From Tubulanus polymorphus (taxonomy: Eukaryota; Animalia; Nemertea): DNA of 64,000 nucleotides. Location: the NCBI RefSeq assembly GCF_964204645.1, contig NC_134028.1, positions 1,612,001-1,676,000 on the forward strand, read 5' to 3'. Below the pieces are notes generated by a model. It was not told the origin of the DNA, ran no database searches, and was given only the letters and a program-made list of their open reading frames with translations. This document shows, piece after piece, positions 15,054 through 27,566 of the stretch. The position numbers and the translations under genes were made by a program. How positions within the stretch are numbered: the stretch's first letter is position 1; every line of letters starts with the position of its first letter.

Positions 15054-18000
15054 GAGGAGAGAACGAACTGCCCCACAGCTCTCGTGGCACCGACGTCGAA
15101 CCCCGGATTCGTTTGATGTAGTAGCCCACCGAATATCACGAGAAACATCAAACAAATTTAGCCGTAAAGGTGGAGCGGAGTATGTGCACGGCGCTTATCA
15201 GCAAAGAAATTGCCAGCTAAATCAGTCTGATTCGCCGTACATAAACTACAAAGATTCGCCGCTACGACGTAATGTGTCATATGTGTCTTTGACCCTTTGA
15301 TCTTCTAACCCGAAGAAATGCACAAGAAAATGAACTGCATACAACATTTACGACCAACTAAGTTTTTTCCATATACGAAACGCCGACATCAAAACAGCAG
15401 CGGGCACCACGAGTTAAACGGGCTTGCCTTGCCCCCCAGAATTAAATTTGGTTACTTAATTTAGCAAGACGTCGTCACGAGATCTCGTAAATGAATATGT
15501 ATAGAGCGGTCTGATCCGTTCCGTCTGATCCGTTCCGTCCACCGGTGCACGATAATGTGACTGACCTTCGTGTTGTACGTCAGTTATAATATACGGATAT
15601 TTTTTTAAAATCTTAACAAAAGGAACTAGTCGGCTCACAATTGTAAATACAACACTTCAAACTTTCAAAGCGGCATTAAACTATTTATCTATTTAAAATC
15701 TCGGCAAGCGGAAGATCAAAGAAACGAAAAAACCGTCGCACGGAGAAATAAAAAACATGAACATTATTTTACAAACATTTTAAACGGAATGAAAACAGCA
15801 ATAAAGATTTGAGTTATATGAGAACCACGTGTTTATTGAAGAAACAAATCACCATCCTTAGAAACCTCTTTAAAATCGGTTCAAAATCCAACTCAGTCGG
15901 ATGAAAAATATTCAAAATTTTGAAAGTTTAGATTAGATTATTTAGTAAGATCCACAGCATAACGTGCTCTACCGACAATGAATCTTAATGGCTTTATAAA
16001 TACCGAGCATGAACAACTATTCCCCATGTATAACAATAGTAATAGTGACATACGCAGCAACCACCGCGCATGTTACCGCAAGGACAGCTGCCATTACACT
16101 GATCATGGAGGCGTTACCGTAACCTGTAAAGCTCCGCCTACTACATAATAAATTTAATTGCCTGACAGCGTCGGCCGGGATTAGCATAATATCGATAACC
16201 TCTGAGCTTCTGCGCAGACAATGCACCAACCTTCCATTTATAACAGTGGCATCTTTTGTTTTACTTTTAGAAATAGTCAAACTATTAAAATCGGGTGTAT
16301 ATTTCATCAAATGCAATACGAAACCACGCACAGTAGCGCGCATAGTTATTGACAGAGGAAATAAAGAACGTTTCTACAAAATGGTACCGAGCGTTAAAAT
16401 AAATTGAACCAATACGAGAAAACCTATAATTTCTTCAAAAAGCACAGATGAAAATTCTTGGAGTTCTTTTTTAGACTTCTACAAAGATTACGATTTAGAT
16501 CGTGTGAAAATATCTTATTTATTCATTCAACTAAGGTTGATACTCATATCAGATTGTCACTAACCGATTGCTAGCCAATTTAGCAGCATTTCAGTAGAAC
16601 CAAAAAGGTGCAACTGATTTTCTCTTAACCTGAAAAAAGGCACCACCTTCACATGTGAAATCATTATCATTTTGTTGACACATCTTCAACAGTTTAAACA
16701 CAGACATTCGCGCGTGTCATATGTCATCAATTTCTGAGAGCGGTTCAATTTTCAGAATTGCGCTATTAAACAGCTGTATAGATAATCATTAAGGGTGCTA
16801 TAAACTGCTGTTAATAATGGTTTCATCATAAACGAGAATAAAAAAATATGATCGATCTATTGAAATACAATGATCTCTCGTGAAGACCGCGATATCAAAT
16901 ACATATGTTACCAGACCGTATTGAGAGCAGAGAAACATCAAAGACTACGAAATGATATTCAGTAAACCTCTTAAGAAATCCCATTCAATTGAATGATAAA
17001 TGTGTAAAAATGTTTGCAAAACGATGAAGAATCTTTTAGTTAAATGATCATCATCGATGTCTACTTATCCTAGCGTGATTACTAGGAACATTTCTACCGT
17101 AGATTAAAGGCGTTAAGGTCCCAAAAACAGTCAAGACATCTGAAACTCAAGTATTTGGTTGAATTTATCTTGAACCATTTTTGACATGCAAGATAAAATT
17201 CATCACGAATTCTGGTGCCGAATCAAACTCCATTCGAACCTGATGACATCGCTCGACTCATCCACGGTACGAGACCCTGCCTGACTAGACCTGGTGCGCA
17301 GGTACATGCAAACCAGCAGCACCTATCAGACCAGAAAGAAAGTTTCTGTGATGGGTTTCGGTATTGACTTAGAACTTGAATGGAAATAACTGTGTTGATG
17401 CGGTGCATGTTTAACCATACTATCAAGGTTAAATGTCAGAAAAACAGGAGACTTTATAAAACTATCATCTTAGGCAAAAAATGTTCCAGTTTTGATTCAG
17501 AGTTTATGTGTGTGCGCGATAATGTGTTATAGGAACACTTAGCGATGACACTTACTGCGGTAAGCGATGTGACATCGGCGTAGCGCTAATTACCAACGAC
17601 AACAGACAAAGATACCGATTCAACGTAATTCTGATCATCAAAGCGGTGATTAAAATTCATAACTAAAACACGTTAAAAACCGGTTCATCTGCCGACACGG
17701 AACGGCAGTAATCTGAGATGAGCTCAAATTTAGTAAAAGCCTTTGATGTAGGCAAAAATTCAATATGTTCCCACGATTTCAAACTGTTCGTACGTTGAAA
17801 GTCTTGAGAGAGCGCTAGAAATACCAACAGAACGGATTTCAACCCGTTTGTTTTCAGTTGGTCTATCTGGAGCTGGAGCTGACATTTACCAACTATATGA
17901 TAACATCCTAGTCTAACAGAACTCTCTCTCTCTCTCTCTTTCTCTCACCATTTATATATATTGTCTAGAGCCCGTTAAACACTGGGCAATTTCTTGACAA

Positions 18001-20631
18001 TCTGTTGGCGATTTTCGTCGCAAGTGACAAATTCGCTACAATATCGCCTTGTGTACAGATACCGCAAACCTTTGTCACTCATTATAAAGGTTAAGGCTTA
18101 AGGTAAACTAATCGATGAATGATACATTGAGAAACGTATGATGAAGATTTCTTCAGCAAATGAGGACCATTCAAAACAAGACTTCATCATAAAAATGGCA
18201 AATGAACTCTCTACCACCGAAACCACAATGATTTTTATTGCATAGCAACTGACTACTGTACGCAACCATTTGTAAAGGGAATCATCTGTTTTTTTTTAAA
18301 GACATCGTAAAAGTTTCAAAATATTTTTTCGAATTATTTCCACAAGAGTAGAACAGTTAAGGCCTGAAAACTGGGTCATAACTATAAATGCAGAGATTTA
18401 TGAACGCATTAATGGCATTAAATGAAACTTTTCTGGGCAACAAATATCATGTGTATATGCACTGGTACTGGCAAATGACTCTTAATGGCTGTCTAACGTG
18501 TTCTTTGATCTGAACTAGTAAGCCTTTGATCTATTTTTCCCTCCGTATAACCCATCAACTTGATTTAGATGACATATACCAAGTCCAGGCGCAACTTAGG
18601 GAACATCGTAAATAATTCCGCAATTTCATAGAATTGGATGATATAAAATTCCTCAGTCGCCTTTACACACTTATCCACACAATTCACTGAAATCAAAGCC
18701 GGCCGCGGAAACAAACGCTTTGATCATTTCAACGTTTCTCTATCATATTCAATGCCTTCAAACGCACATGTATTTCTTGAATAATTTTTTTTTCGTCGGT
18801 CGGGAGAAAGAGAGGTAGACAGAATCGCTTCGAGTATTCTATAAACAAATAATTAAAAAATCATTATATCATCATCGGCGGCCGGTGGTGTTGTGATGTT
18901 ACCGACAATGACTTTTAAAGCTTCTCCCAGTCAATAACAGCGGAGAAAAATGGAAAATATACCGATATCGAGCTCCTGTTTGGATTAACAAGAACTCGAA
19001 AGTTTATTGACGCCTTAAAAAATCATCAACAAAGAATAGAATGATAATATCAAGGATCGATGAAGTTATTTCGGGTACGAATATATCGATAATTGAATTG
19101 AATTGACCAGTCCGCTGAACCCCGATATTGATGACATAGTGCGTATCCGTTATTTTGAAATGTCAAAACTGATGACGGAGCACATAGACTCAGACAGTAC
19201 CCTAGCGTAGTAGTTTTCAAAACATTATTGTAACGATTTTTACGGCATCAAAAAATTCAAATGATTTCTACATATATATAAATATATATATACAGCGATA
19301 TCATGAGAATTATCAGGTGGCTTTTAAAACTCATTTATTTTCACGTTGCGTTGATAAGCGATACACTCATCGTGTGCAACGGCTACTTATTTGTTTCAAC
19401 GATATTATCATCAATTATCTCTTAACGAAAAAATGCTGGCTCCATTTTGTATACGAGTTAAGACGATGAAAGCAGCGCCATCAAAAAATCGGGCGACAAC
19501 ATTAAGATCACTAGTAGAGGACATATCTAAACCGGTAAACACAAAATGTGAAATCATTATGTCATAGGAGACTTAGGAACATCCAATCTGGCTATTGTGT
19601 GTTTATTCCAACAATGATGCAGTGCAATTCTTCGGAGCCCAGAAAAAAAAACTTAAGATCAAAGTGAATGCAGATCAAAGAAAGCCCTTATCTTTTGCCG
19701 TCTATTTTTGGATTAGTTCGCTTCAATCTGCATGCATTGAGTGTGTTGAGAATACCGCATGCTAATAATCACAGTCCCTCAGACGTAGTAAAACTGAAAC
19801 TTTAATACAACACACAACACAAATACGACCACCAGACACCGAATAGAAGTCATAGGGGTCAGTTGTGAAAGCTAAAATCGATGACGCATTTTCCGATGTT
19901 TCAATCAAATAATCAAAATCATGAATATTTTTAAATGGGAAGATAAACATTACGCACCCTTTACGTAGAATCATATTTTAGTTACGTTCATTTCTATAGT
20001 TTAAACTCCGAGTAGAATTTGAACTGAAAACCGAGGTATTTGAAATCATAACACGACAACATCGGTGACATGTTTACATCGATATGACTATTACTTCCAC
20101 TAGCGAGGGTTCGCTGCCCTTCAGGGTGAGATATAGCCGGTCCCTCGTTCGTTTAATTCACCGCGCCGTGTATATATAGATTTGTTTAATTCCGTTCATA
20201 GCCGTACGGATTATGCCTGATCGGATAGACACATATCAACTCAATAGAAATCGCCGGTAAATTCAATTATATCTTGGCCCGAGATGATGATGATACGGGT
20301 GCAAGTATAGTCGCCACCGGGCGTCTTTACACTCCTCATCTCAAACAACACCTGATAAATTCCCTTATACTAAATAACTATAACGCCTGATCATCCGACG
20401 TGTGAGTATAAATATCAACGATTGATTTCGAGACTCCCCGGTGCAATATTATATACAGTTTACTTATAAATCAATGATATATCTATATGAAAATGTGGCA
20501 TCATCCGCAGAGACGAGTATCAACTGAATATCAGCTGTACCCTGATTCCTCAATTCATCATCAACCCCAGCATCGGTCACAGGTTAACTATCTTTCATTT
20601 TCCAGAGGCCGATCCAGCCTCAGTTCCCAGG

Positions 20632-20797
20632 CACTGCTTAGTCAACTATCACAGCACCACATAGGTGGGTTTCACTGCTTAGTCAACTATCACAGCACCA
20701 CATAGGTGGGTTTCACTGCTTAGTCAACTATCACAGCACCACATAGGTGGGTGTCACTGCGCAGTCAACTATCACAGCACCACGTAGGTGGGTGTCA
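20632..20797. repeat. 41-bp tandem repeat x4
   Basis: Unit CACTGCTTAGTCAACTATCACAGCACCACATAGGTGGGTTT. Confidence 0.95.
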
Positions 20798-21199
20798 GGT
20801 TCTCCAGCAGGAAATTTCAAATTTCACCACCTGAGCATTAGTTAATTCTCCACATATCTGAAACAAGTGGATCCTGATATATTTAAGCTTCATTCATTCA
20901 AGAGTTTTGAAAAAAAAACAATTTTCTGGATGTGTAAGACACAGACATTGATCGAGGCACATAGAAATTGACTAGTGGGATGAATTACTGGAAACGATGA
21001 CAGAAACTGATCCAATAATCGTAGAGTTATATCTATAGACACACTTTTAAGAGATCAAACAAGGCTTAAAGTCAAATATAGACATTTTCATCGAGTTTGA
21101 ATTCAAAACTAAATGATCATTATTCACAAAGAACGACCAATACAAATTATCATAACCACCTTATTAACAATAACATTTATCAGAATTTGTATTTTGATA

Positions 21200-21255
21200 G
21201 GTCTGACCATGGACTGGTCTGACCATGGACTGGTCTGACCATGGACTGGTCTGAC
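21200..21255. repeat. 16-bp tandem repeat x3.5
   Basis: Unit GGTCTGACCATGGACT. Confidence 0.9.
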
Positions 21256-21979
21256 TGAATGACGAGTTGATCTCAAGCAATAATCATACCAGTCAAAACA
21301 TAAGTGAACATGTAACACGAGCATGTAACGGCTCATCCTTATATGAGTTTATAGCAGCAGCAGCGCTGTTCACTCACTGTTCACTCGCTGTTCACTCGTT
21401 AGTGTCAAATAACTACCATACAACGACCGATTCGAGAACAGCAAGAGGCCGGCTAACTGTTCATGCGCAGGTCACTCGGAAGATCGACATCAAAAGACAT
21501 CAAAGACAGATCTAATTAAACGGGAATTCCGTTAGCGGTAGCGCGACAAAATGCACCCGACAGAAGCTCAATCAGTGCGTTTTAATATACACTGCCATAA
21601 CAAAATATCCTTCTATTCCATACAATCACTCTATACATATATATATATATATATAAACTAGTTTTTACGGGAGACACCCTGAAGCCAATTTCTGCCTGTG
21701 CTCGCTCGCGTGGATTACGAAATGGCTTTGATATAACTAAGCGTCAAACGAATATAGATTCATATATTAGATATATGTGTTATACGTCTGTTTCAGTCGG
21801 CAAATAGTTTAACTAACGTCGTCACTCGCTCTCAAGATCTCCAGGCGCCAGATTCATCATTTTTTTCTATAGTTCTAGACTCATCCCGTCTTTACTACTG
21901 ATTAATTCATGTTATCACTCATACAGAATAGCGCATATAAAGCAAATATTAAACTATTCCGATTTTCAAATTTCTTTAA

Positions 21980-22267
21980 CCCTTTCAGTGCTGACTAATT
22001 AATACCCTATAGTGCTAGAGAAAATTTGAAAATTCTAAAAAATTCCACCCTAGTGTGTTGAACAATGGGAATACCACTATAGTGCGTCTACACCGCAGTG
22101 CGGTGTATCGTTAGTTACTATTATTTCACTATGTTTGACACTTGCTGCCATTTTTCAATAGAGATAATTACAAATTACTAATTACATCAATACACCGCAG
22201 TGCGGTGTACTAGCAAAATCTATCACTGATTTATACACCAAACTGCGGTGTAGACGCACTGAAAGGG
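21980..22267. mobile_element. piggyBac-type MITE
   Basis: TTAA|CCCTTTCAGTGC ... GCACTGAAAGGG|TTAA, with internal ACACCGCAGTGCGGTGT palindromes. Confidence 0.85.
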
Positions 22268-22553
22268 TTAAAGAGGTCAGACAGTTCATAATTTGAGGTT
22301 TTGCATGTTATATTAAAGGGTTCATAGCTAATCATCATTTTACAGAGGAAAGACTTGGAAGATATACGTATTTCTAGGCATCGATAAACTTTAAAAGTTG
22401 ATTTAATCATTCATTGAATCTGAGATGAATTGTTTCTACTTTGCGCTAGCGCCACCTGGTTGATTCTCGATTGCCACAAGCGAAACAATCAGTTGCCACA
22501 GTTGCCTCCAGGGTATCCCCGATGACTACGGATTTCATCGATATTTCTACCTC

Positions 22554-22816
22554 ATGAGGAGAGAATCCCACAATGATAATAAAAAGTCCGAAAATGAAAC
22601 TTCGAGATAGTAGTTTATTTCAACGTTTCGACTATATCCTAATAGTCATCTTCAGGAATAATGATTATTAACTTTATTCCTGAAGATGACTATTAGGATA
22701 TAGTCGAAACGTTGAAATAAACTACTATCTCGAAGTTTCATTTTCGGACTTTTTATTATCATTGTGGGATTCTCTCCTCATCGCGTCAACACGGATATAG
22801 TGTTCTACCAATCGTG
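22554..22816. mobile_element. Penelope-like retroelement remnant: inverted pair of pLTR fragments
   Basis: Perfect inverted repeat 22554-22661 / 22674-22781 (108-bp arms, 12-nt loop) plus a 35-bp tail. Flanked by the direct repeat ATTTCTACCTCA (22543-22554, 22817-22828). Each arm carries CTGAAGA-stem-GAAACGTT followed by AATAAA. Confidence 0.7.
22673..22721 (+). ncRNA. Minimal type I hammerhead ribozyme-like motif (mirror copy on the minus strand at ~22614-22661)
   Basis: Stem I TTTATTC/GAAATAAA; core CTGAAGA 22680-22686; stem II GACTAT-taggat-ATAGTC 22688-22705; GAAA 22706-22709; palindromic AACGTT in place of stem III. Confidence 0.6.
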
Positions 22817-24187
22817 ATTTCTACCTCAGTTTTAACCATCAATCATTCTGTCGAAAACTTCATTTCCAACCAGTCAGAGAGTTTATGGTATTCAAACCCA
22901 TTAAATCAAATGAAAATGAACACATTTTTCCCGAGAAGCCAAATAAAATCCCAAGCCCTGCAGGACCGGTAGCACCATCGATGGAAATAAACTGATAACT
23001 CGCAAACCATACCCAGCGATAAACGAAAAAAAAATAACAAAACACTCGACGCGTATCGGAAATTCAATTTTTATAAGTTCAGCTGTGAGCTTCGGGATAC
23101 ATAAGTGAAAATGGAAATATTTCAGGGTGTTTACGCTTTTAAAACGCAATTCAATTCGGTAAACAAACTATTACAGATAGCCCCTGGTCTTTTACCTACG
23201 TATCAACGCAAAATAGATTATACCAAACTAAATTATTTGGAAAATCATTCTTTTCAGAAACTAAGAGAACTTTCTGAGTTTTTCCGACTGTTCTTCATAA
23301 ATGGCTGACAAAGAGATACCGTTCCTTTGAAATATAAAAGAAATGTTAAGGCTAAGGCCCCTAAAACTAAGGGGGTCAGGGACAGCACGCTGCCTTGGGT
23401 AAAAAGCTAGATAAACAAACTGTTTCAATATTCACAATATTCACAATACCCGCTGGTCATGCATAAATCAATGACCTTGAATCATAGAACTTGTCATGAG
23501 CGATCACTTTTCAATTGATTGAGGTTACCAGACATGGTGCAGATATGAATGGTTTCATTATTCTAAGTCACCTATCCCCATCAAATACAGACATTAATGA
23601 CCAGGAAACTGCCACAATCATCGAACATGTCATGGGCCGTTACAAAATAAGAATGCAAACGAATTGAAAAACCCTAGAAACAACGTTCAGCCTTTCACAT
23701 TTCTTTTACATATTATTACAACAAAAAATCAGTAATACTGAAAGCAAACGAGGACGAATTCAGAAAATGATGAGAGCTCTGTATGGGAGGTCGATAAACC
23801 TCACTATCATCATCGTAATATCGATTTCATTAATCAGTTTGGACCGTTTCAATTTGTCCTGCAGTTAATAATGATAATATCGTAATTAAAGATAATTTAT
23901 AAATATATACATACCTGTTTAACCAAATCCATGATTATATATGAAAAGATAGAAAACAAAGCAAATTGATTAATTCGAAATCAGAAACGCAATATCGATT
24001 ATTAATATTTTTATTGATGGAATCAAAAGATTTTTTCATTTAATCGATGTACACAAAAAATCATTGGATACGGCAGAGCACGGATGTGTACTGACAGGGG
24101 ATCAGGGGATCAGGTGTTTCTCAACAGTTTAATACATTGTACTCTCAGTTTAATACTCTCATAAACTTTAACCCATGAAACAAACAG

Positions 24188-24295
24188 GACCCAGTTCCAC
24201 AGTTGTGAGTTAGAGTTAACTCTGAGTTAAAATTAGTTCATTTTCAATGAGTTAACTCAGGGTCATATTTTAACTTCGAACTGTGGAACTGGACC
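24188..24295. mobile_element. Short palindromic MITE (Harbinger-like, CAG TSD)
   Basis: CAG|GACCCAGTTCCACAGTT ... AACTGTGGAACTGGACC|CAG. A related end (ACTGTGGAACTGG) occurs near 14491. Confidence 0.7.
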
Positions 24296-26861
24296 CAGAT
24301 GACTGTGTCTAGGAAAGTAAGGTGACCTTACTCGGAAAAATCATTACTTTCAGGTAAATCAACATTTCCTGAATTGGATCAACCTCAATTTTAACGGTGG
24401 ATAATAAAAACACTATCAGAGTTCACAACGACAATGATTTATATTTGTTTACCATTCAAGATATGTCAAATGGAAGACATTCGCCGTCAGTTATATTTAC
24501 GGGGTCAAAATTATACTCGGCCACTTTGCTGTCATTCAAATCATTTCGATACAAGCAGTAAATATGGATAAACAAACATAAAAAGCAGTGACTATTGGCT
24601 CGATAACACCGCTTATCAATCCGACTTTTGGGCCCCTGTAGACACTGTTAGATTCCATATAATTAACATTCGATCGAACTAAACACACAAATAAATCATG
24701 TTGATCAATATTGACCATAAATTAATTTACTATCAGAGAATTCCTATTGAAAATAGAAATGCCACAAATCTATTTCTAAGAATGTCGTTATATTGTTCGG
24801 ATACCTTTTTTATTGTACCCATTTAACACCTTCTCCGACAGAGGCCGAGAGACGTAGTTATTCTCGGAGTGAAACGCAATAAAAACGCGGAAAAACCGCC
24901 CACCGACAACGTGACCAAATCGCTGATTTACGATGACAGGTTTATCATCGAGCGAGCTATTTACTTCCAAGAAAATTAACAGTTGTTACAACACGATCTA
25001 AGTATTCGCTCACAAAGAGACAACTCTTATTTATACCCGCGAGGACTTTCCACGAAAATAGATAACAAAACATTATAGAAATCATACTCATGACTGGTCT
25101 AATCCTTTAATAATCGATCAATAATTTCATATATCGATAATACTAGGGATTTATACAGTGCACATACACATTTTAAAATATTTGTTTTACTATAAATAAA
25201 TGCATGCTAGAAAACTTTCCTGGAGAGCCACCCAGCCACCAGCCACCAGCAACGGAGCCACCCAGCTATGCTACGGGCAATAAGTTTGTTTCATTACGTC
25301 GAGGTTATTAATGTCAAATGTGATTTAAATCATACCATTTGACGATAAAAAAATAATTCCACATCGCCATCGGCAAGTATCATAATGTTGATATACATGA
25401 CACGACACGACATATGACATCATAGGGAGAAAGCCCGATAAGACATTGCAAGTTAATATATTGTGGGTGACTAGGACTAGACTAGACCCTTTAGTTAAGC
25501 GAACTATTAGACAGCGACGCTTAAAGGTGTTTGACGCAAGTTGTTGTATTAAGATCTACATGAAACAGAATCAGGCCTCACTCTTGAAAGTGGCATTTTC
25601 TTCAACAGTTTCTAAACCTATGAAACGATGCAGACACTGGCATAGATATGTCATTAGAACTCGAATAGTTGGAAGGCACCCCGGGATTGTACTATCTGAC
25701 TGGGATAAACAGAGCACTCTTGAACTATTAATAAAAAAGCCACTTCCTGACACTTGAATGAAATCTCTGACATTGTGCCCTCTTGCACTTAAATCTGTCA
25801 GTTATAGAATGGTCAAAATGCTATAAGCCTCGAATGAATAATAGCTGGCACGTCAGGCAAATGGAACACCGACTTCAATAATTGCGATTTAATGTAAAGA
25901 GTTTAACAAAAGGGATTTAATCAACTAGCGGTGAATCTACATGAATCTACAAGTTATGAACTAAATTATGAATCACCGATAAGACTACATCCTGTTTAAT
26001 CAACACACCAGAATTAATTCATGTATTTCATTTACTATATTATCACAGACGAGTCCTACTGCTACCAGTAGAGTTTTACAGTCGAGGTTTTAGACCAGTG
26101 GAAACACTGAACTCGTTCTGTCCAACACTACAATGCCTCAGTCCAACTTCCATTTCGATCCTCAAATTCTGCATCCCTTCAAAACGACCTATGCACTACA
26201 ATTCTCATCTTTATCAATAGAGGGCGCGACAAACGAGTGACAACGAAGTGTTGCCCGGCGTGTAGCTATACAGAAAGCTGATGATCTCATCTACTCAATA
26301 AAACCGGACTTGTTTCTATAACTAACATATTGCGCGATCTTCAAGAATGACCACGCGCACAAAAAACAAACTACGCATCTTTTTATCGGCAAATCTCATC
26401 GCAGAACAATAGCCATGTCAAGTGTCGCGGTACTTTATTTAGTAATCAGCGCACATCCAAATATATTTGTAACTCTCCATGGACCAATATAGATTGTCCT
26501 CCCAATAGCTCGAATCACTCTGTAACATTTGGTTTATTGTCGATGTCGATGTTTTATCGTATTGACGTATGGACCGAGGAGTGCGATAAAAACAGTCATA
26601 CGGGTCCGATTTAGTTAGTACCGCCATCAAACAACGCGACATCAATGCAAACAAACTGAACAGCTGGCCGCCGATCACTTTTTACAATAAACTACGCCAT
26701 CACTTTTTACCTATTTCCTTCCTTCGTTAGAACAGGAAAATTGAAGTAATATGAAGACTTGAAGATGTTAAATTCCTTCAAAATAAAACGAAGCATCACG
26801 GATATTGTAGAATGTTATTCAACTTCAATGTCTTTTCTTTCTAAGCATTGGACTTAAGCCT

Positions 26862-26992
26862 CAGGGCACAGTTGCGTAGTAGTTGACTTGGCTCAAAATG
26901 TGGTCCTACTACTAAGACTGGTCTTAAGTCGTTAGATTGGCTACAGAACTAAGATGGTCTTGAATCTAAGCCACGAATGTGCAACTGGCCTC
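26862..26992. mobile_element. Degenerate palindromic MITE; related partial copy at ~37744-37812
   Basis: CAGTTGC...GCAACTG inverted ends. The internal GTTAGATT..AGAACTAAGAT.GTCTT segment is shared with the 37.75 kb copy. Confidence 0.5.
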
Positions 26993-27484
26993 CGGATTTG
27001 AAACGTTTTTGGGCCGAGAATTGTCATGCATTTCATCAGGACTAATACAGATAAAGCAATGTGCGTTGTCTAATAAAAATTAAAATGCACGAGATAATGG
27101 TCATGAAACATTCAACTCAACTGAGAATAGAAACTGTGTACAAGTTTTTTTTCATTATGCAAATCAGTGTCTTCTGAGAGTGAGCATGATTTGCATTGTA
27201 CTTTCACGTGGGATGGATCTTATTTCAGCCATCAGTAATTGCCGAGCAATTCAATGAGTTACGGAATCCCCAGCGTCACAACACGTTCATATAACCCGGC
27301 CAAATTAAAATCATTAGTCTCGCAACGTGAAGCGCGATTGTGCGAGAGAATACACAAATATTCGACCATCTCGAGCGGTTCAGAGGAAATTGTTTCATCC
27401 GAAAAACGCTACATTTTCACAAGTTTCAAAAGACAGCACGTGATTTTTTATCCATCAACGCGGACAACATGCATTGTCTTATGT

Positions 27485-27487
<3 letters not shown>

Positions 27488-27563
<76 letters not shown>
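27488..27563. repeat. (TA)n microsatellite
   Basis: ~38 AT units. Confidence 0.98.
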
Positions 27564-27566
<3 letters not shown>

